Assembly: GCF_006345805.1 (NCBI RefSeq)
Contig: NC_043006.1
Span: forward strand, 7,936,001 to 8,000,000
Direction: 5' to 3'
Source: Octopus sinensis
Taxonomy: Eukaryota
Length of the DNA: 64,000 nt
Shown here in pieces: positions 10,880 to 22,253 of the stretch; within the stretch, counting starts at the first letter, position 1; each line of letters begins with the position of its first letter. A program made the position numbers and the translations under genes. The notes under the pieces are model-generated. The model was given only the letters and a program-made list of their open reading frames with translations. It had not been told where the DNA came from and did not search any database.

Positions 10880-11422
10880 CGTGTATATATGTTCGTGAAA
10901 ATGCTTATGGTGATTCAAGTAATCTTTAAAACATTGATTTCTGTATTAATAAGTTATCAAAACTGAAGATAATAATAATAAGGCATTTGCATCAAAGGTA
11001 CATGAAAAGACATAACAGTAAAAGCCAAATTTCAGTAGACGGCATGTTTGGAAGTTTCTTTTTGGTCATGGGTCACGTAAAATATTCCAGTAAAGAATAG
11101 ACCAACTAAAATATCTTCACTTATCTTTGAGACTCTTTACCAATTGCTGGAAGATTTCTGATTCATTATCCAACTAAAAGAGACAAATTTCTCATTTTTT
11201 GAGAAATTCTTTGCCTGCATCATTTTGTAAATTACCACCTACCTGATTATTCTAATTCATAACAAGTCTACACTTGAGTCATTTCACTGAGATAATTTAT
11301 GCGTGCATGAGTGTGTATGTTTGCGTGGGGGAGGTACGTGTATGTATACATACAAACACACACACGCCGATTTTGAGAAATTACGCTTCTCAAAACTAGG
11401 AAGGTAAAAGCTAATTCGAAGA

Positions 11423-14173
11423 CTACATATCTAAGCAATCACTGGAACTTTCCAGAAGGTTATCTTTTAAATATATATAAGCATGTCTAGCTATGCAGCT
11501 ATATGCATGAGAATACATGCATAAAGCAAAACATACAAATCTGCACATATACATACATACATATATACATACATACATACATACATACATACATACATGC
11601 ATGCATACATACATGAATGAATGAATGAATGAATGAATGTTGGTGAGGCCAATCCGGGCAAGGAAGTCCCTCCCACAGGTGGGACAGAAGGGGGTAGGGG
11701 CCGTGCTACTGGTGCAGGCGGCTCTGGCTTTACGCATCTGACGTTTCTGCTCCGCTGACCGAATCCGTCCCTCCTCGGCTGTCCCTGCTCCCACGGTGAT
11801 TGCGCTGCGCCAGGATGAGCGGTTGGCAGCAAGTGTCTCCCAGGTCTCTGTTCCGATGGAGAAGTCATTGAGAGAGACCTTGAGACTATCCTTGTAGCGC
11901 TTCTTCTGCCCTCCGACTTTGCGCCTGCCCTGGCCGAGTTCACCGTAGAAGAGCTGTTTTGGGATGCGAGTGTCGGACATGCGGGAGACGTGGCCCGCCC
12001 ATCTCAGCTGGGCCTTGCGCATGATTGTGATGGTGCTAGGGAGATCTGCCTGCTTCAGAACTTCCGTGTCTGGGACTTTGTCCTGCCAGCGGATGTGAAG
12101 GAGGTTCCGAAGACACCTGAGATGGAAGTGGTTTATCTGGCGCTCGTGCCTTCGGTAAGCAGTCCACGTCTCGCAGCCATATAGTAGGGTGGTAAGCACG
12201 ACTGCCCGGTAGACTTTCAGCTTGGTGTTGAGGCTGATTCCTCTCCGCTCCCAGACTTTCTTTCGCAGTCTCCCAAACGCGCTTCTTGCCTTGGAGATTC
12301 TGTTGATGGTTTCAGCATCTATGTTGGCATTGCAGGAGAGAGTGCTGCCCAGGTAGGTGAAGTTTTCCACCACTCGTAGGATCCGTCCGTTCACCCTTAT
12401 CTGAGGTTCATGGTATTGTTTGCCGGGGGCTGGCTGAAACATCACTTCAGTTTTCTTGGCACTGATGGTGAGACCGAAGTTGTCACAGGCTGATGAGGAC
12501 CTGTCCATCTCGAGCTGAATCTCCTGCTCATCGATTGCATTAAGGGCGCAGTCGTCAGCAAAGAGAAAGTCTCTGACGACCGTCTCCCTCACCTTTGTGA
12601 CAGCCTGCAATCTTCTGGAGTTGAAAAGTTTCCCGTCTGTCCTGTACTTGATGTCGATACCGGACTTGCAGTCCCTAAAGGCGTCGGACAGCATTGCCGA
12701 GAACATGATGCTGAACAGTGTTGGGGCCAGGACACAGCCCTGCCTGACTCCGTTGGTCACCTGGAAGGCTTCAGATGAGTTGTCGTCTTCAAGGATTCTG
12801 GCTGTCATTCCGTCGTGGAACTGGCGGACAATTGCAATAAATTTGCTGGGGCAACCAAATTTTCCCATGACCTTCCATAGTCCCTCCCGACTGACTGTAT
12901 CAAACGCCTTGGTGAGGTCAACAAAGGTCATGCAGAGGTCAAGGTGCTGCTCCATGCATTTCTCCTGGAGCTGGCGGGCGGCGAATATCATGTCAGTGGT
13001 CCCTCGACCCGCGCGGAAGCCACACTGGCTCTCAGGGAGAAGGCCTTGCTCCAAGTGTTCCAGAAGGCGGTCAAGCAGGACCCGGGCCATGATCTTGCCC
13101 GCTATGGACAAGAGGGAGATACCTCGGTGGTTGTCGCAGGACTGCCGATCTCCTTTCCGCTTATAAATGTGGACGATTGTTGCGTCCCGGAAATCTTGAG
13201 GGAGTTGTTCCCTGTCCCACATCGACTGGAACAGGCTGGTAAGCTGACTGATCATGGTGGGGCTGTCCGACTTGAACACCTCTGCAGGGATGGCGTCAGA
13301 GCCTGGAGATTTGCCGGTGGACATTTTTTTGATGGCTCTGCTCACTTCCTCGACTGCAGGGGGAACAGCCAACTCGTGGTTTGTCGGCACCTGGGGGAGT
13401 CGTGCGATGGCTTCCTCGTTGATCTGGGCTGGTCGGTTGAGCACGATGTTGAAATGCTCCGCCCATTTCTCCAGGATCAGCCTCTTGTTAGTCAGGAGTG
13501 AGGTTCCATCCGAGCTGAGCAGGGGGGTTAATCCAAAGGAGAACTGCGGTCCATAGACAGCTTTCAGCGCCTCGTAGAATTTCTTGGTGTCGTGTTTGTC
13601 TGCGTATCCCTGAATCTCATACGCCTTGGCGCTTAACCATGCGTCTTGCATGAGGCGGAGCTTAGCCTGGACTGTGCTGCGAATGTTGTTGAAAGCGGCC
13701 TTCTTTGCCGTGCAGGTGGTGTCATTTTGGTGAGCCCGCAGCAGACGGCGTTTCTCTTCCAGGAGCTTTTGGATTTCTTGGTCGTTTTCGTCGAACCAGT
13801 CCTGGTGGTTCCTCGTAACTTGGCCCAGAGTTTCAAGGGCGATGGAATGAACCGTGTCCCTGAATGATTCCCACTGCTCATCGATGCTGGACTGGTCACT
13901 CCGAATGTCCAACAGCTTGCTGTCCATACGTGACTGGAGATCTTGTGCAGTCAGCTGGTTCTTTAATTTCGTGATGTTAAGCTTCCTCGTCACTTTCTGA
14001 CCCTGTCGTCTTCTCTTAGGTCGGATGTAGCAATCCATCCTGGAGATGATGAGGCGATGGTCCGTCCAGCAGTCAGCTCCACACATGGCTTTGACCAGTC
14101 TCACGTCCCGCCTGTCTTTCGCCCTGACGATGACGTAATCTATCAGATGCCAGTGTTTGGAGCGTGGATGCAT
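11423..14173 (-). CDS. RTE LINE ORF, C-terminal part: end of APE domain, RT and C-terminal Cys motif; reads through into microsatellite
   Basis: HWHLIDYV, WTDHRLI, YKRKGDRQSCDNHRGISLLS, QCGFR, FVDLTKAFD, GVRQGCVLAP, FADD, YLGS, CPTCGRDF; no internal stop. Confidence 0.9.
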   Translation of the reverse strand: MHPRSKHWHLIDYVIVRAKDRRDVRLVKAMCGADCWTDHRLIISRMDCYIRPKRRRQGQKVTRKLNITKLKNQLTAQDLQSRMDSKLLDIRSDQSSIDEQWESFRDTVHSIALETLGQVTRNHQDWFDENDQEIQKLLEEKRRLLRAHQNDTTCTAKKAAFNNIRSTVQAKLRLMQDAWLSAKAYEIQGYADKHDTKKFYEALKAVYGPQFSFGLTPLLSSDGTSLLTNKRLILEKWAEHFNIVLNRPAQINEEAIARLPQVPTNHELAVPPAVEEVSRAIKKMSTGKSPGSDAIPAEVFKSDSPTMISQLTSLFQSMWDREQLPQDFRDATIVHIYKRKGDRQSCDNHRGISLLSIAGKIMARVLLDRLLEHLEQGLLPESQCGFRAGRGTTDMIFAARQLQEKCMEQHLDLCMTFVDLTKAFDTVSREGLWKVMGKFGCPSKFIAIVRQFHDGMTARILEDDNSSEAFQVTNGVRQGCVLAPTLFSIMFSAMLSDAFRDCKSGIDIKYRTDGKLFNSRRLQAVTKVRETVVRDFLFADDCALNAIDEQEIQLEMDRSSSACDNFGLTISAKKTEVMFQPAPGKQYHEPQIRVNGRILRVVENFTYLGSTLSCNANIDAETINRISKARSAFGRLRKKVWERRGISLNTKLKVYRAVVLTTLLYGCETWTAYRRHERQINHFHLRCLRNLLHIRWQDKVPDTEVLKQADLPSTITIMRKAQLRWAGHVSRMSDTRIPKQLFYGELGQGRRKVGGQKKRYKDSLKVSLNDFSIGTETWETLAANRSSWRSAITVGAGTAEEGRIRSAEQKRQMRKARAACTSSTAPTPFCPTCGRDFLARIGLTNIHSFIHSFMYVCMHVCMYVCMYVCIYVCMYMCRFVCFALCMYSHAYSCIARHAYIYLKDNLLESSSDCLDM
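11545..11640. repeat. (TACA)n and (TGAA)n microsatellite at the 3' end of the RTE LINE
   Basis: Direct reading. Confidence 0.95.
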
Positions 14174-14988
14174 CCATGATGTCTTGTTGCGTGTTGGCAG
14201 ACGGAACAGGTGTTGGCAGACGGAACAGGTGTTGGCAGACGGAACAGGTGTTGGCAGACGGAACAGGTGTTGGCGATGGTAAGATCATGAGAGGCACACG
14301 CACGCAGGAGGAGCTGTCCGTTGCTGTTGCACTTTCCGATTCCTTGCTTTCCCAGTACGCGATGCCAGGCTTGGTGGTCAGTCCCGACACGGGCGTTAAA
14401 ATCCCCAAGAAGGATGAGCTTCCCATGCTGGGCTGACGTGATGAGGGAGTCGAGTTCCTCATAGAACCTGTCCTTAACTTCTTCAGGGTTGGTCATGGTG
14501 GGGGCGTAAGCACTGGTGATGGTCGCACTAGTCTTGTTTCCAAGTGGGAGCTGCATCTTCATCAGCCGATCGTTGATACCCTCGAGGGGGCTTTCCAGTT
14601 TCCGCATGTGTACTGACTTAATGGCAAAACCAACACGAGCCTCACGACGCTCTTCGCTACTGCGACCACTCCAAAAGAAAGTGTAGCCGCCGCCTGTCTC
14701 TGTCAGCTGGCCTTTGTCCGCAAGGCGGGTCTCGCTCAGTGCTGCAATATCGACATTGTATCGGCTCAGTTCTCTGGCCACCAGGGCAGTTCGTCTCTCT
14801 GGTCTGTCCGCTTTGGTGTTGCCGAGCAGAGTTCTCACGTTCCAAGTTGCGAAAGTGAGCACCTTTGTTTGTTTTCTTCTTTCTTTGTTTCGACCGCTTG
14901 GAAAGGATCCCCGCCAGCCGCGGTTTGCTGGCCAGGGTGAGGTGAGGCAGGCTATGTTTACGGCAACCTTTTCTAGCCCTGTCCTCAT
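14143..14988 (-). CDS. RTE LINE ORF, N-terminal APE endonuclease part (first ATG inside the element at 14988)
   Basis: TWNVRTL, ALSETRL, SAYAPT, LGDFNARVG; goes out of frame inside the 19-bp repeat. Confidence 0.85.
   Translation of the reverse strand: MRTGLEKVAVNIACLTSPWPANRGWRGSFPSGRNKERRKQTKVLTFATWNVRTLLGNTKADRPERRTALVARELSRYNVDIAALSETRLADKGQLTETGGGYTFFWSGRSSEERREARVGFAIKSVHMRKLESPLEGINDRLMKMQLPLGNKTSATITSAYAPTMTNPEEVKDRFYEELDSLITSAQHGKLILLGDFNARVGTDHQAWHRVLGKQGIGKCNSNGQLLLRACASHDLTIANTCSVCQHLFRLPTPVPSANTCSVCQHATRHHGCIHAPNTGI
14191..14274. repeat. 19-bp tandem repeat, four units plus 8 bp, inside the LINE ORF
   Basis: Unit gtgttggcagacggaacag starts at 14191, 14210, 14229 and 14248, then gtgttggc. 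Confidence 0.95.
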
Positions 14989-15026
14989 GCTGGGGAGGCG
15001 AGCAGAGCGATCCTGAAGAGGGCTAT

Positions 15027-15310
15027 GTATACATACATACATACATACATGCATAGATAAATACATACATACATACATACATACATACATACATACATAC
15101 ACACATACATACGTATATGCAAAAGTTGTAGTTGATGTTGAAATTCCAATGAAGGAGCCTTGAATCTAGATTAGAAACCGGCTCTTTCTCTATTTGCAAG
15201 AAATCTTCAAACTGAACAATGACATACATACATATATACATACATACATCATACATACATACATACATACATACATGCAAGCATGCATACATACATACAT
15301 ACATACATAT
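15027..15310. repeat. (TACA)n microsatellites (15027-15115 and 15222-15310)
   Basis: Direct reading. Confidence 0.9.
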
Positions 15311-15750
15311 GGCGTAGGGTGGGCAAAAGATTATGACCATGAGGTCCTGGATTCGATTTTGCGTTGCATCGCGGGCAAACATCACTTTCTACATCCTCGG
15401 TTCGACCCATGACGTTTAAGTGAATTTGGGTAGACATTAACTATATAGAAAGCTGGCCGGGTGGATTTAGGCTTGTCACACATATCGTCACGATGGTACA
15501 GAATTACTTTAAGTGTACACGTGTCAGTGGAATGCTCGACTATATGCAAGTTAATTCGGGAGCAGGTAATTCATATATAATCCCTAGATGACAGAGATCC
15601 AATACTATTTATATGATTGTCTGCGGTGGGGTGTAACTTGCACGACTTCGTTAAACGTGGTTACGATGAAGCTAAAGGATGATACTTAGGCACTCATCTA
15701 TCCACTGTATCTTATCACAGAAACAGCTGTAAGCTAATGAGATTCATAGC
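15311..15750 (+). mobile_element. Old SINE sharing a central block with tail T2 SINEs
   Basis: Decayed tRNA-like head (gaggtcctggattcgatt); aagtgtacacgtgtcagtggaatgctc..gcaagttaatt..gagcagg matches 8792-8850. Confidence 0.5.
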
Positions 15751-16297
15751 ATAACTGTTTTTCCTTTGTCATCTCATTTTCTTATATATATATATATAGA
15801 CATGCATATCTCACAGACATATATATACATGCATATATACATACATACATATATACATACATACATATATACATACATACATATATACATACATACATAT
15901 ATACATACATACATATATACATACATACATCATACATACATACATACATACATATATACATACATTCTTACGTATATGAAAGGTATGTATTTAGTGATGC
16001 TTACATATAAATAGAAACATATGTATTTATATTAGTGGAGAAAAAAGATTTCAAGTCAAACTCATATACAGTGATATGTATCTAAAGCTGCGATTTTCTA
16101 AATTTCTGATCCTCATATTTCGATTTCATTGGAGCTGCTAAAAGGAAGAAGCTTGTAAACATCATAAAACATTAATCTCACTCTCTCGGCACATAAGCAA
16201 CGATATGTAAACACTCGTTGAATGTCGATGGCAGCCGCTTTCATTCAGGCTCCAACTACAAACCGACTAAATAGCTATAAACCTTCCTGATACTCAC

Positions 16298-16448
16298 TAA
16301 ACAAACATCAATATTTCTACGTTTCTGGAAGCATTTAATATTTTCCGTATGATGTTTAACGTTTGATAATTCCATAATTCCTTCATTATGGATTTAAAGC
16401 ACTTGAAAAGTTTAATAAAACGCTGTCTTTGGGAGCTCTTAGTTTGAT
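16298..16448 (-). CDS. Candidate internal coding exon, product unknown
   Basis: Acceptor gttttttctgtctgctggcag|, donor |gtgagt; 151 nt open in one frame only (xQTKSSQRQRFIKLFKCFKSIMKELWNYQTLNIIRKILNASRNVEILMFV). Confidence 0.3.
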
Positions 16449-16599
16449 CTGCCAGCAGACAGAAAAAACTGCTACCGACGCTTAGGTAAAACTCAACATT
16501 AAATGGATACATGTTATGAATCCCTCTCTCTTCTCCTTTCTCTTTCTCTCCTCTTACCTTCTCTTTCTATTTATGAGTCAGTTTTCTATCATAAATATA

Positions 16600-16907
16600 T
16601 GTGTATACATGCACACATACACACATACAAACATACATACATACATACATACAAACATACATACATACATACATACATGCATACATACATACATACATAC
16701 AAACATACATACATACATACAAACATACATACATACATACATACAAACATACATACATACATACATACAAACATACATACATACATACATACATACAAAC
16801 ATACATATATACATACATACATACATACATACAAACATACATACATACATACATACATACATACATACATACATACATACATACATACATACATACATAC
16901 ATACATA
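16600..16907. repeat. (CATA)n/(CAAA) microsatellite
   Basis: Direct reading. Confidence 0.95.
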
Positions 16908-17044
16908 CGAGTAAGCACATAAATGTAAAAAAAAATTGGAAAAAACTAGTACTTGAATAACGAATATGCCTATATTAAAGCTGAAAAAGTCTTCACAAAC
17001 TGTTACTCAGAGTTTCTCGTTTCTATTCATCGCACAGCTGCGAT
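16908..17044 (-). mobile_element. Family P2 copy 2, decayed HHR at 17000-17037
   Basis: Minus strand reads CTGT-GCGATGA-atagaaacga-GAA-ACTC-t-GAGT-A-ACAG. Confidence 0.65.
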
Positions 17045-17143
17045 CATACTAAATGAAAATTGCGATGCTTCACGTAATATGTTATAATAAAATACAATTC
17101 AACAAATAAGCAATTAAATTTGATTGGGTGTCTGATTATATAA

Positions 17144-17198
<55 letters not shown>

Positions 17199-17203
<5 letters not shown>

Positions 17204-17319
17204 AATATTAGGGAATAAATCCACATTTACAGGGAAAATCAGATTTAGGATTGAATCCAATTTTATAGTAAAATATTATATAATATTAATTAGAGACAAA
17301 ACCACTATTTTGCAAATCA
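17199..17319. mobile_element. Family P3 outer arm only, next to (TA)n
   Basis: Reverse complement of about 43197-43320; interrupted by a SINE-C 3' fragment at about 17325-17405. Confidence 0.75.
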
Positions 17320-17403
17320 TATATTTACTCTTTTACTCTTTTAGTCTTTTACTTGTTTCAGTCATTTGACTGCGGCCATGCTGGAGTACCGCCTTTAGTC
17401 GAG

Positions 17404-17445
<42 letters not shown>

Positions 17446-17546
17446 TAGAAAGAAACCACCTTTTATCAATTCAATAATGAAAAATTAAATTACACCATCT
17501 AGAAAATTACATATAGAAAGATTAAATATAAGATAAAGCATATAAA

Positions 17547-17623
<77 letters not shown>

Positions 17624-17733
17624 CAATTAAGGACAACTACTTAATAAGGAAAACTTAACAAGAAATTGTCAGGTAGATAGCGTGAAAACCTCATAAGAGA
17701 ATAAATTTCGAAAATAATTATTTCTTATTGAAC

Positions 17734-17953
17734 ATATTAATTTATATATAGAGGGCATTATACATACATGCCAGAGAGCATTATACATACATGCCACACG
17801 CTAAGAGGGACAATTAGTCATTTCTACCAAAAATATTACTAATATTAGTAATATTTTTGGTAGAAATGACTAATTGTCCCTCTTAGCGTGTGGCATGTAT
17901 GTATAATGCTCTCTGGCATGTATGTATAATGCCCTCTATATATAAATTAATAT
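17734..17953. repeat. Perfect spacer-less 220-bp palindrome
   Basis: Centre aat|att at 17843/17844; the arms are exact reverse complements by eye; each arm holds a 23-bp tandem pair. Confidence 0.9.
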
Positions 17954-18074
17954 ATATATATATATATATATATACCTACATACATACATGTTATTATGCT
18001 TGTTGCAAATCAGTGACAGATGGTCACTTTGTTTACAATACATCGTCGGCAGACGCGGATGTTAGCTATTACTC

Positions 18075-18302
18075 CATTGCGCAGATGCATGCAGCTGATG
18101 TGAGACAAATCGCTGGAAACTGGGCCAGTGCCGCGATCATGTTAGCTACTGGAGGATAGTAGGGGCTCTCTCTCCCAACCCCTGCTAGCATTATATTGCA
18201 TATAATGGGTGCAGAGCTTGCACCGAAAACTAGCTGACGGATAATCAGCTTGGGTTAAGCCAGTAGTAACAGTCAGGTCAACTGTCACTTCGATGTGCCA
18301 AA
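18075..18302 (+). ncRNA. Family P4 HHR-headed structured element, most decayed copy
   Basis: 18090-18135 reads TGCAG-CTGATGT-GAGAC-aaat-CGCTG-GAA-ACTGG-g-CCAGT-G-CCGCG; downstream hairpins GGTGCA/TGCACC and GCTGA/TCAGC, and a GTCAC..GTGCC terminal-hairpin remnant. Confidence 0.55.
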
Positions 18303-18384
18303 TCGCTTTACTGTATCTCTTCTTTATATATTATAACAAGCTATTTTGCTTTATATATTCATATATATATATACACACATATAT

Positions 18385-18592
18385 ATGCTGAAAGTTACTG
18401 CTTTTAAGTAAAAGAAAATACAGGGACATCAGCTAAATATGATTTTACACGACATATTCCCCTCTCTGATTCACACACTTATTGCAGCGATCCTTCAGTG
18501 TTTTTGGGTCCTATAAAAGAACTCGGAAGATTGGTCCTCCAAATAGGCTCTTCGCGTTACCCTTAAAGTCAGGAACTTTTCAGCACCCTCAT
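18385..18592. mobile_element. Mariner-type MITE family E
   Basis: atgctgaaagttactgctttt at the left and aaagtcaggaacttttcagcaccctc at the right form decayed TIRs. Confidence 0.65.
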
Positions 18593-18594
18593 GC

Positions 18595-18607
18595 ATAGAT
18601 AGATAGT

Positions 18608-18664
<57 letters not shown>

Positions 18665-18769
18665 GGAAGGATAGATGGATAGATAGATAAATACATAGTT
18701 AGACAGATATAGATATAGATATATTGTATGTATGTATATATATACATGTATATATATGTATATATGTGC

Positions 18770-18848
<79 letters not shown>

Positions 18849-18850
18849 AA
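18595..18850. repeat. (GATA)n and (TA)n microsatellites
   Basis: Direct reading. Confidence 0.9.
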
Positions 18851-19499
18851 TTATATAATGAAACACCACGCATCCTCTTCCAAGTAAGTTTTATCTTAAT
18901 AATTCTGATGCACACTCTATACTATCTTTTACTCTTTCGTTTTTCTCTCTTTCTATCATTTATTCTTTTACCTCCTCTTTTCCCACTATTCTATCTTATT
19001 ATTTTATTACTCTCTCTCTCTTTCTCGCTCACTCCTCCTCCTTTGCTCACGTTGCTCCCACGTGACCATCGGCCACCTTTCTTCTAATTTGTGTTTCTTT
19101 CTCTCTCTCCGTTTTAGCTGGAACAAGGAAGATGTGTTCTTGTTTGTCTCCTGTCCTAACTTGATTTCCGCATTCGCCACCACAACCTCGTTTGGGCTTA
19201 GCAGTCCTTCCTGTTTGTTTCACTCTCCTGCTCGTGTTACCAATGTTGACCCTCCGCAAATCCGAAATGTTATTTCATTTGCTTTGCGGGGGCAACTGTT
19301 TTATCGAAAGCGTGTATTGTTGTTAAATGCTCCAAATACGAGACTAGAAAATCAGCCAACAACTGATGAAGGGTCTTTCTCAGTGTTGTTTGTTTTGTTT
19401 TTCATTTGTGTCTTTCGTTGTCCGAAAGAATAGTTCATGTTCCATGGAATTGCGCTTCCTATATTTTTGTTGTACACGTTTTTCGTGACGTCCTGTGCC

Positions 19500-19726
19500 C
19501 ACATATGCATATATATATATAAAATATGCATATATATATATAATATATATATATATATATACGTATAGATGTAAGTATGTACATATACGTATGTATATAT
19601 GCATATATATTATACATATATGATTTATATTATATTATATATATATATATATACATATATATGTGTGTATATATATAAATGTATATATATTTAATTATAT
19701 ATGAATATATATATATATATATATAG

Positions 19727-19759
<33 letters not shown>

Positions 19760-19825
19760 TATGTGTGTATATATATAAATGTATATATATTTAATTATAT
19801 ATATATATATATATAAAATATGCAT

Positions 19826-19905
<80 letters not shown>
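19500..19905. repeat. Compound (TA)n tract with internal block duplications
   Basis: The block atgtgtgtatatatataaatgtatatatatttaattatat occurs twice (about 19660 and 19760). Confidence 0.85.
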
Positions 19906-19908
<3 letters not shown>

Positions 19909-20328
19909 ATGGTTTTATTTGTTTCAGTATTTGGACTGCGTTCCTTCTGGAGCACTGCCATCATGGGTTTTAATCAACCGTATCGATCTAATTTTCAGTT
20001 TGATTGGATCCGGAACCATGATATTGATGACCTAGTTCGGTAGTTATATAGATATACTTGTGATTTTTTGAAACTTACATACATACATACATACATTGCA
20101 ACTTAACTGCTGTTTCTTTATGTTATTGTGATAAAATAATTTAAATATTGCTTTTCATTAACTGTGCTTCGATCTACCTGTGTTCGATTGCAACTCAACA
20201 TCGTTATTTGCATTTGCTATTATCCGAAAGATGATAAGATGTATGCAGAAACATAATGGAGTCATTTTCTTAGACTTAATTATATTGACCTCAGTGTGGT
20301 ATGTGTAAACTATTCACTAGAATAAATT

Positions 20329-20400
<72 letters not shown>

Positions 20401-20449
20401 TAGTTGTATATAGATTATATATTCTATTGTAAAGCTATCACAGTTTTAA

Positions 20450-21600
20450 TAGTATTGCTGGTGATGTCAGGTTCAGAAAGTTTTCGACAAACTTATTCTT
20501 TAAAACTTCATTTCTTTCTGCAACGACTGAAATTGATTAAGATTATTCTCTTCATAACTAGATAAATATTTGCCACTTGTTTGAAGAGGAAAATATAATA
20601 TATTGTCTCTAAGAAATTCCATACATCAAAGTAAACAGCAGCATTAAAAGATTTGTAAGAACATCGGGAGTAAATAGTAAAGTGAATTTATCTGGCAAAG
20701 TCTAACGTTTTCCTTTTATACAATAATACAATCTAAACAAAAATGTTAATCTAACTTGACACGGTTTAGCTGACATTTTAATATATCTGATTTTTTAGGA
20801 GATCTTCTGAATGAAACAAAATTAGAATCGGTATAGTTAGACCAATGTCTATTGATTTGGACATCAATTGATATTTTCCTATAATGGGAAAGTCTTTCAG
20901 TACATTATATATTTGAGCATAATATATGGATAAGCTCCTTATTGTACACTACTTAGAATGGTAGAGAGGATTAGAAAGAAGCCTGTCAGCTGTTACAATA
21001 AACTCTCGTACAATTATCCAATATTCTTGACCTGTTGATGACTTCAGCTATTTTAGTGCGCATACAAATATATATTTCGTGCCTCTTGAGAAGTGACTTT
21101 AATTAATGGCCTCAAGTATTCTTCTACCAGGTGTCTGCAAGATAATTCTGGTTATTGTTCGAAAGATCTTTCTTCATAACTTATATGAAGCAATGCTGAT
21201 GTTGAGAATGAAAAGGATTTATTCGCCATTCAAAAGGTGCATGTTAATATTATTGTTGAACTTTTGACTTCGTAGATAACTTCCTTTATACTGAAAGCCA
21301 TTTACTCTTCTTAAATATAAACTCGTTGTATTCAAGACATTGAGAAATACCGATGCATATCAGCATGCAAATCATTTTCTGACAAAGGTTAAGTATTAAA
21401 TTGATACAGAAAATATCTTAACCCTTTGCAGTGGGTCACATCCTTAGAAATAACTTTTAACATTATAATAATGAATAACCGCTTCTGTTTGTTTCTTAGT
21501 ATCTCGCCAATCTCAAACAATTGAATCCTGAGAAGTGTTAAGTATATTTTCTGAACACTTCAATCTACGTTTTAGAAGCTTTACATGAATTAAGAAATCT
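20450..21600 (-). pseudogene. Ancient RTE-like RT remnant
   Basis: Interrupted peptides RSFEQ*PELSCRHLVEEYLRP and VQ*GAYPYIMLKYIM resemble RT motifs; many stops. Confidence 0.4.
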
Positions 21601-21949
21601 CGACGTCAATTTTTATCTAACCTGAAAACACTGCATCGAAGTTATAAATTAACTGTAACGTTTATCTTAACTTTGGCAATTTGAAACGCTGTACTGGGGC
21701 TAAATCAAGTTGCATATACACAATGGAAACGGCGACAATGTTTACAACGCTATACATATTCCAAACTTCTATTGACTTTTATATTTCGCATTACTCTTCC
21801 TCGTGCCGACCTACAGAATATATTTCCAACATAAATACACGTGGAATATGATGAAAGATGTTAACATTGTAGGATGTTTCTTATCAGCCTCGATTATTAC
21901 GAAAGATATATGTGTGTGCACAGATAGACATACAGACAGATAGATAAAT

Positions 21950-22020
21950 AGATAGGTATGTAGGGAGAGAGGGGGCGCATAGGTAGGAAGGTAGGTAGGT
22001 AGGTAGGTAGGTAGATAAGA

Positions 22021-22092
<72 letters not shown>

Positions 22093-22175
22093 TAGATATA
22101 TAGATAGATAGATAGATAGATAGACAGTCAGACAGACAGACAGACAGACAGATAGACAGACAGACAGACAGACAA

Positions 22176-22252
<77 letters not shown>
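21950..22252. repeat. (GGTA)n/(GATA)n/(GACA)n microsatellite
   Basis: Direct reading. Confidence 0.95.

Positions 22253-22253
<1 letters not shown>

Larger units (their letters stand above)
11641..15024 (-). mobile_element. Near full-length RTE/BovB-type LINE, 3' end lost, flanked by (TACA)n
   Basis: GC-rich block with a 5' leader, APE endonuclease and RT; one frameshift at a 19-bp tandem repeat. Confidence 0.95.

Noticed and set aside
12597-14462. Antisense and alternate-frame ORFs over the RTE LINE
   Set aside because: These are shadows of a GC-rich coding strand with no motifs of their own.
14870-15024. HDV-like ribozyme in the RTE 5' leader
   Set aside because: Hairpins are present, but I could not assign a consistent P1/P1.1/P2/P3 nested double pseudoknot by eye.
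19364-19430. CTGATGA motifs at about 19364, 24168, 25461 (minus), 28108 and 34502
   Set aside because: Each lacks a properly placed GAAA, stem III or stem I; the heptamer alone is expected by chance.
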